Positions 46,253 through 56,451 of a stretch of DNA of 64,000 bases are shown one piece after another; the first letter of the stretch is position 1, and each line of letters starts with the position of its first letter. The notes below the pieces were generated by a model. The model saw only the letters and a list, made by a program, of their open reading frames with translations. It had not been told where the DNA came from and searched no databases. Origin of the DNA: Kofleriaceae bacterium (GTDB taxonomy: Bacteria > Myxococcota_A > Polyangia > Haliangiales > Haliangiaceae); contig JBKJLC010000196.1 in NCBI GenBank assembly GCA_046597055.1, forward strand, positions 1 through 64,000. The letters are read 5' to 3'. The position numbers were made by a program, and so were the translations under genes.

Positions 46253-47785
46253 ATGACGATCAAGGGATGGACGGCGGCAGCGATCTGCGCCGTCCTGGCC
46301 ACGGTTCCGACCGCGGCCCACGCGTTCTGCGGGTTCTATATCAACGGTGCCGGCGGCGAGATGTTCAACAACGCGACCCAGGTCGTGCTGATGCGCCAGG
46401 GCACGCGGACGGTCCTGTCGATGCAGAACAACTACCAGGGACCGCCCACCGATTTCGCGATGGTGGTGCCGGTCCCGGTCGTCCTGCAGCAGGACAACGT
46501 CAAGACGCTGCCACACGACGTCTTCGCCAAGGTCGATCAGATGGGCGCGCCGCGCCTGGTCGAATACTGGGAGCAAGACCCGTGTCAGGTGATGGATCGG
46601 TTCGCCGACGACTGCCCCAACTGCGGGGCCATGCCCACCGGGGCACCCAGCGTGGCCATGGAGTCGGGCGCGGCTGACTACGGCGTCAAGATCGAGGCGC
46701 AGTTCGAGGTCGGCGAGTACCAGATCGTGATCCTGTCGGCCAAGGACGCGGCCGGGCTCGACGGCTGGCTGCGCGCCGAGAAGTACCAGATTCCGCCCGG
46801 CGCCGAGCCGCTGCTGCGGCCCTACGTCGAGAGTGGCATGAAGTTCTTCGTCGCCAAGGTCGACCCCAAGAAGGTCACCTTCGCCAAGGGGATGGCGACC
46901 TTGTCGCCGCTCCGCTTCCACTACGACAGCGAGGAGTTCTCGCTGCCGATCCGGCTGGGCCTGGCCAACTCGAATGGCACCCAGGACCTGATCGTCAACA
47001 TCCTGGCGCGGAGCCAGCGCTACGAGGTCGCCAACTACAAGAACGTCACGATCCCGACCAACCTCGACGTGAAGCCCGAGGCGCGGACCCGGTTCGGCGA
47101 GTTCTACGCGGCGCTGTTCGACCGCACGCTGGAGAAGAACCCGGGCGCGGTCGTGACCGAGTACGCCTGGGACGCGATGACGTGTGACCCGTGCCCGGGG
47201 CCCACGCTCGATGGCAGTGACCTGGCCACGCTTGGCACCGACGTGATCGGCGACGGCGCCGGGATGGTGCTGACGCGCCTGCACGCGCGCTACGGCGCGG
47301 CCGATATGAAGGAGGACCTGGTGTTCCGGTCCGGCTCGGCCATCGCGGGCGGCCGCGAGCTGCGCGGGTTCGGCGATCGGCTCGAGGAGCGGGCCAGTCC
47401 GTCCGACTACAACAACTTCCAGGGTCGCTACGCGATCCGCCACACCTGGGCCGGGCCGATCGTGTGCAAGGCGCCGGTGCGCGGCCGCTGGGGCGGACCG
47501 CCCGCCGGTCAGGAGCTCGCCGGGGGCGGCGCGCCGCTGGCCGCGACCAACGTCGCGTTCGCGCCCCGCGGGGCGATCGAGCTGCCGATGGTGGTGGTGC
47601 ACGACGTGCCCGAGATCGAGGTGAAGGCCGGCGAGGCGCTGCCGGCCGCGGCCGCCGCGGTCGACAAGAAGGCCTATCCCGGCTGCACGTGCGGCGCCGG
47701 GCGCGGCGGCGGCGCCGCGAGCGCGGTCGGTGGCGCGGTGGTGATGGGCGTGGTGCTGCGTCGCCGTCGGCGCGCGCGGCGCTGA
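46253..47785 (+). CDS. DUF2330 domain protein, paralogue 1, with MYXO-CTERM-like tail
   Basis: GGAGG RBS; signal peptide AHA|FCGFY; MQNNYQGPP, APRLVEYWEQDPC, PLRFHYDS, TEYAW, CDPC, LTRLHARY; tail GCTCG...VLRRRRR. Confidence 0.9.
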   Translation: MTIKGWTAAAICAVLATVPTAAHAFCGFYINGAGGEMFNNATQVVLMRQGTRTVLSMQNNYQGPPTDFAMVVPVPVVLQQDNVKTLPHDVFAKVDQMGAPRLVEYWEQDPCQVMDRFADDCPNCGAMPTGAPSVAMESGAADYGVKIEAQFEVGEYQIVILSAKDAAGLDGWLRAEKYQIPPGAEPLLRPYVESGMKFFVAKVDPKKVTFAKGMATLSPLRFHYDSEEFSLPIRLGLANSNGTQDLIVNILARSQRYEVANYKNVTIPTNLDVKPEARTRFGEFYAALFDRTLEKNPGAVVTEYAWDAMTCDPCPGPTLDGSDLATLGTDVIGDGAGMVLTRLHARYGAADMKEDLVFRSGSAIAGGRELRGFGDRLEERASPSDYNNFQGRYAIRHTWAGPIVCKAPVRGRWGGPPAGQELAGGGAPLAATNVAFAPRGAIELPMVVVHDVPEIEVKAGEALPAAAAAVDKKAYPGCTCGAGRGGGAASAVGGAVVMGVVLRRRRRARR

Positions 47786-47817
47786 CGCGGCGGTCGACGA
47801 TCACATCAGGAGCAGCG

Positions 47818-49403
<1,586 letters not shown>

Positions 49404-49407
<4 letters not shown>

Positions 49408-50993
49408 ACCGGGCGATGACGCGCGCGGTGCTGGCCGGGATGATGCTCGTGGCGACCGCGGGCACCGCCCAGGCCTTCTGCGGGTTCTACGTGAACGGCG
49501 CCGGCAGCGAGATGTACAACGACGCGACCCAGGTCGTCCTCATGCGGATGGGCACGCGCACCGTGCTGTCGATGCAGAACAACTACCAGGGGCCGCCCGA
49601 GGCGTTCGCGCTGGTCATCCCGGTGCCGACGGTGCTGCAGGAGGCGGACGTCAAGACGCTGCCGCGCGAGGTGTTCGGGCGGGTCGATCAGATGGGCGCG
49701 CCGCGGCTGGTCGAGTACTGGGAGGTGGACCCGTGCGGCCGGCCCTACCAAGAGGACGGCCGCGTGAGGAGGGCGGAGAGCGCAGGCGGGCCGCGTCCGA
49801 CCACGTCACGACCGGCCAACGGCCATGGCGTCACGGTCGAGGCCCAGTTCGAGGTCGGCGAGTACCAGATCGTGATCCTGAGCGCGAAGGACGCGGCCGG
49901 GCTCGACACCTGGCTCCGCGCCGAGAAGTACCAGATCCCGCCCGGGGCCGAGCCGTACCTGCGGCCGTACGTCGAGAGCGGGATGAAGTTCTTCGTGGCC
50001 AAGGTCGACCCGAAGAAGGTCAGCTTCGACGCCGACCAGCGGGTGAAGCTGTCGCCGCTCCGGTTCCACTACGACAGCGAGGAGTTCAACCTGCCGATCC
50101 GGCTCGGCCTCGCCAACTCGAGCGGCACCCAGGATCTGATCGTCAGCATCCTGGCGCCCAACCAGCGCTACGACGTCGCCAACTACAAGAACGTCACCAT
50201 CCCGACCAACCTCGACGTCAAGGACGAGGTCCGCGACCGGTTCGGCGAGTTCTACGCGGCGCTGTTCGATCGCACGATCGAGAAGAACGTCGGCGCGGTG
50301 GTCACCGAGTACGCGTGGCAGGCGAGCACGTGCGATCCGTGTCCGGGCCCCAATCTCGGCGGTGGCGACTTCGCGACGCTCGGGGCCGACGTCCTGGCCG
50401 GCGCACCCGGCAAGCCGGCGCCGTACCAGGGCTGGGACCTGGTGCTGACCCGGCTCCATGCGCGCTACGGCAAGACCGTCACCGAGGACCTGGTGTTCAA
50501 GCAGGCCGACCCGATCGTTGGCGGCCGCGAACACCTGCAGGCCAGCGGCAAGCTGGAGGAGCGATCGCAGCCGTCGGGCACCAACAACTTCCAGGCCCGC
50601 TACGCGATCCGGCATCCGTGGACCGGCGAGATCACCTGCAAGGACCCGGTGCGCGGTCGCTGGGGGGGGCCGCCGGCCGGGGTCACCGGCGGTGGCGTGA
50701 AACCGGCGCTCGACCTGGCGTTTGCGCCGCGCGGCAAGGCGGCGCTGGCCCAGCTGGTCGGTCAGGACATCCCCGAGCTCGCGATCAAGGCTGCCGGCGG
50801 GCTGCCGGCGACCGCCGGGACGCCGCCGGCGTCGCCCGGTCAGACCCGGCCGCCAGCTGGGACGTCTGACCCGGGAACCAAGAAGAAGACCGGCTGTGGC
50901 TGTTCGTCCGGTGGCCCCGGCGGCAAGCTCGCCGGGGCCGGCACCGGCCTCCTGCTGCTCGCGCTGGTGTCACGTCGTCGTCAACGCACCTGA
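49404..50993 (+). CDS. DUF2330 domain protein, paralogue 3, with MYXO-CTERM-like tail
   Basis: ATGA overlap; AQA|FCGFY; tail KKTGCGCSS...LLLLALVSRRRQR. Confidence 0.9.
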
Positions 50994-51006
50994 GACCGGA
51001 GGAACC

Positions 51007-52605
51007 ATGCAACCCATCGTGATCCTGAGACTGGCCGCTCTCGTCGGCGCGGTGGTATGCGCCGCGCCCCAGGCGGCCGATGCTTTCTGCGGCTTCTACA
51101 TCAATGGTGCTGGCAGCGAGATGTTCAACGACGCGACGCAGGTCGTGATGATGCGCAAGGGCACGCGCACCGTGCTGTCGATGCAGAACAACTACCAGGG
51201 GCCGCCGGCGGCGTTCGCGATGGTGATTCCGGTGCCGACAATCCTGCAGGAGGCCGACGTCAAGACGCTGCCAAAGGACGTGTTCGGGCGGGTCGACATC
51301 ATGGGCGCGCCGCGGCTGGTCGAGTACTGGGAGCAGGACCCTTGCGGACGAGACGACTGGGATCGTCGCGAGCGCCGCATGCCGCTGAAGCGGAGCGCGC
51401 CGCCCGCGATGGGCATGGCCGGCGCGACGGCGGAGGACCTCGGGGTGACGGTCGAGGCGAAGTTCGAGGTGGGCGAGTACCAGATCGTGATCTTGAGCGC
51501 GAAGGACGCGAGCGGGCTCGACACGTGGCTGCGGCGCGAGCAGTACCAGATCCCGAAGGGGGCGCAGCCGTTCCTGCGGCCGTACGTCGAGAGCGGGATG
51601 AAGTTTTTCGTGGCGAAGGTCGACCCGAAGAAGGTGGCGTTCGACGCCGACGGGCGAGCGGCGCTGTCGCCGCTGCGGTTCCACTACGACAGCGAGGACT
51701 TCAACCTGCCGATCCGGCTGGGGCTGGTGAACTCGAGCGGGACGCAGGATCTGATCGTGAGCATCCTGGCGCCCAACCAGCGCTACCAGGTCGCGAACTA
51801 CCAGAACGTGACGATCCCGACCAACCTCGACGTGCGCGACGCGGTGCGGACCAGCTTCGGATCGTTCTACGCGTCGCTGTACGACGCGACGGTGAAGAAG
51901 CACCCGGGCGCGGTGGTGACCGAGTACGCGTGGGCGGCGTCGACCTGCGATCCCTGTCCGGGGCCGACCCTGGGCGGCAACGACTTCGCGCTGCTCGGGG
52001 CCGACGTGCTCGAGGGCACCACCGCCAAGCCGGCGCCGTACGGCGGCTGGGACTTCGTGCTGACCCGGCTGCACGCGCGCTACGGCAAGAACATCAGCGA
52101 GGACCTGGTGTTCAAGGTGGCCGATCCGATCGTCGGTGGCCGCGAGCAGCGGGGCAGCGGCGGCCGGCTCGAGGCGCGCGCGCAGGTGTCGAGCATCAAC
52201 AACTTCCAGGCCCGGTACGCGATCCGGCACTGGTGGACCGGCAGTATCACGTGCAAGGCGCCGCGGCGTGGGGTGTGGGGCGGACCGCCCAACGGCCGCG
52301 GGGTCCGGCCGACGCCGGCGCTCGGCCTGGCGTTCGCCAAGCGCGGCAAGAGCCTGCCGGGGCTGCTGGTCTCGAACGTGCCGGAGATCGGGATCAAGGC
52401 CTACCGCAAGAAGCCCAAGCCGAAGGCGGCCAAGCCACCGCCGGCGCCGCCCCGGCCCGCGGTCGAGGCGCCCGACCCGACCGTGAAGGGCGCGCCGATG
52501 GGAGCCCTGCGTCAGGGCTGCAGCACGGGTGGGACGCCGGACCTCGGCGCGCTCGCGGCGGTGGCGGCGATGCTGGTGGCCACGCGCCGCCGGAAGCGGA
52601 GCTGA
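51007..52605 (+). CDS. DUF2330 domain protein, paralogue 4, with MYXO-CTERM-like tail
   Basis: GGAGG RBS; ADA|FCGFY; tail QGCSTGG...AMLVATRRRKRS. Confidence 0.9.
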   Translation: MQPIVILRLAALVGAVVCAAPQAADAFCGFYINGAGSEMFNDATQVVMMRKGTRTVLSMQNNYQGPPAAFAMVIPVPTILQEADVKTLPKDVFGRVDIMGAPRLVEYWEQDPCGRDDWDRRERRMPLKRSAPPAMGMAGATAEDLGVTVEAKFEVGEYQIVILSAKDASGLDTWLRREQYQIPKGAQPFLRPYVESGMKFFVAKVDPKKVAFDADGRAALSPLRFHYDSEDFNLPIRLGLVNSSGTQDLIVSILAPNQRYQVANYQNVTIPTNLDVRDAVRTSFGSFYASLYDATVKKHPGAVVTEYAWAASTCDPCPGPTLGGNDFALLGADVLEGTTAKPAPYGGWDFVLTRLHARYGKNISEDLVFKVADPIVGGREQRGSGGRLEARAQVSSINNFQARYAIRHWWTGSITCKAPRRGVWGGPPNGRGVRPTPALGLAFAKRGKSLPGLLVSNVPEIGIKAYRKKPKPKAAKPPPAPPRPAVEAPDPTVKGAPMGALRQGCSTGGTPDLGALAAVAAMLVATRRRKRS

Positions 52606-52763
52606 TGAGCGAGGTCGGTCTGCGACGCCGGGCCCCGATGCTGGCGCCGCTGCGCGCGAGCACCGGCGGCCGCACCAGCGGCCGCGCCGACCGGGGCGCG
52701 CGGGCCGGGCTGGCAACCGTGGCGGCGATCACGCGGCGTCGTCGGCGCGACCGCCCGGCGTGA
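52605..52763 (+). pseudogene. 52-codon ORF resembling a degenerate copy of the paralogue 4 C-terminal tail
   Basis: TGATG overlap; APMLAPLRASTGG...ATVAAITRRRRR versus APMGALRQGCSTGG...AAVAAMLVATRRRKR. Confidence 0.35.
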
Positions 52764-52776
52764 GCGGGGCAGTAGG

Positions 52777-55077
52777 ATGACGGCGATGGCTCACCGGTGG
52801 TGCGTGCTGGTCGGGGTGGCGGCGCTGGGCGCGTGTTCGGGCTCCGGCAGCCCGGCCGGGCCGCCGGTGATCGGGGGTGGGAGCGCGCCGATCGACGCAC
52901 CGACCGCGGCGATCGAGGCCAGCCTGCCGCGCGCGCCCGGCCGGTTCGCCCCGTCGCTGGCGGCGATCGAGGGCGGCGGCACCATCGACGGCAACCAGCT
53001 CGGAGACATCGATACCTGCGAGACCTGCCACAGCGCGGTCACCAGCCAGTGGAAGTCGGGGATCCACTCGTTCGCGTCGTTCGGCAACCCGATCTACCGG
53101 TTCAACGTCGAGCTCGCCCGGCGCGAGCTCGGCAAGCGCCAGAGCCAGCACTGCGGCGGCTGTCACGACATGCCGCTGCAGGTCGACGGCGCGATGCTCG
53201 CCGAGGTCCAGGCCGACGACCTGCGCGCCCACACCGGGGTGTCGTGCCGCGTCTGCCACGCGATCCGGGCCGCCACCACCGACGGCAACGGCAGCTACAC
53301 GCTGTCCGCGGGCGAGCTGCCGACCCCCAACGTCGACGATCCGGCCTCGGTCGCGCGCCATCGCGCGGCGGTGACCGTGAAGCCGCTCGGCAGCGAGCTG
53401 TGCGTGTCGTGTCACCGCGGCTTCCTGTCGCCCGACGTCGACGTGCCGGTCCACCTGTCGGGCATCGACGAGCCGACCGCGTGGCGGAGCTCGCCGTACA
53501 CCGGCAACGGCATGGCCCGGGTCGACCAGGTCGAGCCGCAGGACTGCATCGGCTGCCACATGCCCGAGGTCGCGGTCGGTCCCGACCAGTACGCCGGTGA
53601 CGGCAAGGTGCGCGCGCACTGGTTCGCCGGGGGCCACACGTGGATGGCGTCGATGCGCAACGATCCGGCCCAGCTCGAGCGGATCCGGGCGATGCTGCGC
53701 GGCGCCGCGTCGATCGATATCGCCGGCGCGATCCTCATGCGCGACCTGGCCGCGCCGATCGGGACCGGTCGTGGTCCCGACACCGTCGGCGGCCGCTGGC
53801 ACCTGCCGGCCGATGCCGCGCCGGTCGGCCCCGGCCAGCGGATCCTGCTCGACGTCGTCCTGCGCAACCGGCTGGTCGGTCACCGCTTCCCGGGGGGCGT
53901 CAACGACATGCAGGACACCTGGGTCGAGGTCGAGGCGCGCGCTGGCAGCGGCCGGCTGCTCGCCAGCTCCGGGCTGCGCCACGAGCACGACCTCACGGAC
54001 GACGAGACCCACGTGCTACGCGCGTATCCGGTCGATCAGCACGGCCACATCCAGGAGGAGCACGAGCTGCCGCGCTTCCGCGCGATCATCGCCAACCACA
54101 CGCTGGCGGCGCGCGAGGCCCAGGCGGTCCGCTACGTCCTCGTCGTGCCGGTCGGCGCGGCCATGCCGATCGAGGTGCGGGCTCGCCTGCGCCATCGCAG
54201 CCGCGGCCTGCTGGCCCAGCGCGCGGTGTGCGCGGAGGCGCGGACCAAGGTCGGCGCGACGTTCCTGCGCCAGGCCGAGGAGATCCGCGACATGACGGTC
54301 GACCCGTGCAAGCCGCAGCCGGTGACCGAGATCGCGCGCACCGTGACCTGGATCGGCGACGGGGCCGCGGCCGCGATCGCCCGGGCCGGTGCCGCGGCCC
54401 GCGCCGACAGCGGCGCCGCGCCCGGGCAAGCGTGGGAGCGCAGCTACGAGCACGGCATGGCGCTGACCTCGGTGGTCACCGAACGGCTCGACGAGCCGCG
54501 CCAGGTGCTCGAGCACGCGCTGGCGCTCCTGCCGGTGTCGGCCGAGACCGCGCGCAGCCGCGCCATGGTGCTGGTCCAGCTGGGCGTGGTCGCCTCCCGC
54601 CAGGGCCGCACCGAGGACGCGCTGGGCCTGCTCGACCAGGCGCGCGCCCTCCTGCCGGCGCCGCAGCCGCCGGTGCTCGACGCGGTGGCCGCCGACGCGC
54701 TGGCCCGGGTCTGGCGCTGGGCCGACGCCACGCCGTTCGCCCGTGCCGCCGCCGCCAAGGCGCCGGCCAACACCAACGCGTGGGTCATGCTGGCGCGCAT
54801 CCTCGGCAGCGCCCACGACAACCACGGCGCGCTGGCGGCGGCGCGCGCCGGCCTGGCGCTCGCCCCGCGCGACGCCGACCTCCTGCGCAGCCAGTCGGCC
54901 GCGCTCGCCGAGCTGATGCCGGGCAGCCCGCTGGCCGAGCAGGCGCTGGCCGCCTACGACCGGTTCCGCGCCCCCGACAACACCGCCGCCCTGCGGATCG
55001 CATGCGCGGCGGAGAGCCCGCGGTGCGCGCGGGAGCGGGAGATGGGGCACTTGCACGCGCTGACGCCCGCGCGGTGA
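52777..55077 (+). CDS. Pentaheme c-type cytochrome lipoprotein with C-terminal TPR-like repeats
   Basis: Lipobox LGAC; five CxxCH (CETCH, CGGCH, CRVCH, CVSCH, CIGCH); VGHRFPGG; helical repeats at the C-terminus. Confidence 0.88.
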   Translation: MTAMAHRWCVLVGVAALGACSGSGSPAGPPVIGGGSAPIDAPTAAIEASLPRAPGRFAPSLAAIEGGGTIDGNQLGDIDTCETCHSAVTSQWKSGIHSFASFGNPIYRFNVELARRELGKRQSQHCGGCHDMPLQVDGAMLAEVQADDLRAHTGVSCRVCHAIRAATTDGNGSYTLSAGELPTPNVDDPASVARHRAAVTVKPLGSELCVSCHRGFLSPDVDVPVHLSGIDEPTAWRSSPYTGNGMARVDQVEPQDCIGCHMPEVAVGPDQYAGDGKVRAHWFAGGHTWMASMRNDPAQLERIRAMLRGAASIDIAGAILMRDLAAPIGTGRGPDTVGGRWHLPADAAPVGPGQRILLDVVLRNRLVGHRFPGGVNDMQDTWVEVEARAGSGRLLASSGLRHEHDLTDDETHVLRAYPVDQHGHIQEEHELPRFRAIIANHTLAAREAQAVRYVLVVPVGAAMPIEVRARLRHRSRGLLAQRAVCAEARTKVGATFLRQAEEIRDMTVDPCKPQPVTEIARTVTWIGDGAAAAIARAGAAARADSGAAPGQAWERSYEHGMALTSVVTERLDEPRQVLEHALALLPVSAETARSRAMVLVQLGVVASRQGRTEDALGLLDQARALLPAPQPPVLDAVAADALARVWRWADATPFARAAAAKAPANTNAWVMLARILGSAHDNHGALAAARAGLALAPRDADLLRSQSAALAELMPGSPLAEQALAAYDRFRAPDNTAALRIACAAESPRCAREREMGHLHALTPAR

Positions 55078-55544
55078 TGGCGCCGACGCGAGCGGCCACC
55101 ACCCGGTGGTGGGGCGGCCTGGTCACCGTGGGGCTGCTCGCCGCGGTGGCGTGGCCGGTCACCCGGGCGCCGCTCGCCGGCGACAGCTTCCCGCTGTCGA
55201 CCTACCCGATGTTCGCGGCGCCCCGGGTCGGCGGGCGGGTCGCGATCGACTACGTGATCGCGTTCGGGCCGGATGGCGCGCGCCGCCACGTGCCGCCGGC
55301 GCTGGTGGTCAACCCCGAGGTGATGCAGGCGATGATGACGATCCGGCGCGCGGTCCAGCGTCGCGAGGCGCCGGCGCTGTGCGCGGAGGTCGCGGCCCGG
55401 CTGGCCGGCGATCCGCGGTTCGCGGCGATGGACACGGTCGCGGTGGTGTTCGGCGATCACCGCGCCGCCGCCTACTTGCTCGACGGCGTGCGCGGCACCG
55501 AGCGCGAGCACGCGCGCTGCCCGATCCCGCGGGGGCCGCGGTGA
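55077..55544 (+). CDS. Small single-TM protein, partner of the HTTM protein
   Basis: TGATG and GTGA coupling on both sides; TM then DSFPLSTYPMFA; two Cys. Confidence 0.75.
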   Translation: MAPTRAATTRWWGGLVTVGLLAAVAWPVTRAPLAGDSFPLSTYPMFAAPRVGGRVAIDYVIAFGPDGARRHVPPALVVNPEVMQAMMTIRRAVQRREAPALCAEVAARLAGDPRFAAMDTVAVVFGDHRAAAYLLDGVRGTEREHARCPIPRGPR

Positions 55545-56431
55545 TCGAGCGCGTCCTCGCCGGGTGGTTTCGGCCGGTGCCGGCGGCGCGGCTGGCCGCG
55601 CTGCGCCTCCTGGTCGGTGGCTTCGCGCTGGGCTACCTGGTCGCCCGGCTGCCGATGTGGCTCGGCCTGGCCCGGTTCGCGCCGCGTGATTTTCAGCCGC
55701 TCGGGGTGGTCGCGCTGGTGCTCGAGCGGCCGCTCGGCGCGGGCGCGATCGTGGCGCTCACGGTCGCGACGATCGGCCTGGCGGTCACGTTCGTGGCCGG
55801 GGTCGGGCACCGGGTGCTGGCGCCGCTGTTCGCGGTCGCGCTGCTGGGGCTGACCAGCTACCGCAACTCGTGGGGCATGCCGTTCCACACCGAGAACCTG
55901 CTGGTGCTCCACGTCCTCGTGCTGGCGCTGGCACCGGCCGCCGATGCCTGGTCGGTTGACGCCTGGCGACGACCAGCGCCGGCCGCCGAGCGCTCGGGCT
56001 GGCCGCTCCGACTCATGGCCGCGATCACGATCCTGACCTACGTGCTCGCGGGCATCGCCAAGCTGCGGCTGGGCGGGCTCGAGTGGGCCCAGGGCGTGGC
56101 GCTGCGCGATCAGGTCGCGGTCGACAACCTGCGCAAGCTCCTGCTCGGCGCGTCGACGAGCCCGATCGCGATGCCGTTCCTGCGCCACCCGTGGCTGTTC
56201 GAGGGCCTGGCGATCGGGACCCTGGTGGTCGAGCTGGGCGCGCCGCTGGCGCTGCTCGGTCGTCGGCTCGCGTGGGCGTGGGCGCTGGCCGCGTGGGGCT
56301 TCCACCTCGGCGTGCTGGCGCTGATGACGATCGTCTTCCCATACTCGCTCGGGTTCCTCGCCTACGCGCCGCTGTTCGCCTGCGAGCGGCCGCTGGCGTG
56401 GCTCGGCGCGCGGCTGCGTCGCCGTCGGTAG
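55541..56431 (+). CDS. HTTM domain membrane protein (vitamin K-dependent gamma-carboxylase-like / SdpB-like)
   Basis: PAARLAALRLLVG, WSVDAW, WPLRLM, YVLAGIAKL...W..G..L, VELGAPL, FHLGV. Confidence 0.8.
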   Translation: MIERVLAGWFRPVPAARLAALRLLVGGFALGYLVARLPMWLGLARFAPRDFQPLGVVALVLERPLGAGAIVALTVATIGLAVTFVAGVGHRVLAPLFAVALLGLTSYRNSWGMPFHTENLLVLHVLVLALAPAADAWSVDAWRRPAPAAERSGWPLRLMAAITILTYVLAGIAKLRLGGLEWAQGVALRDQVAVDNLRKLLLGASTSPIAMPFLRHPWLFEGLAIGTLVVELGAPLALLGRRLAWAWALAAWGFHLGVLALMTIVFPYSLGFLAYAPLFACERPLAWLGARLRRRR

Positions 56432-56451
56432 CGACCGGGATCAGCGGGCGA

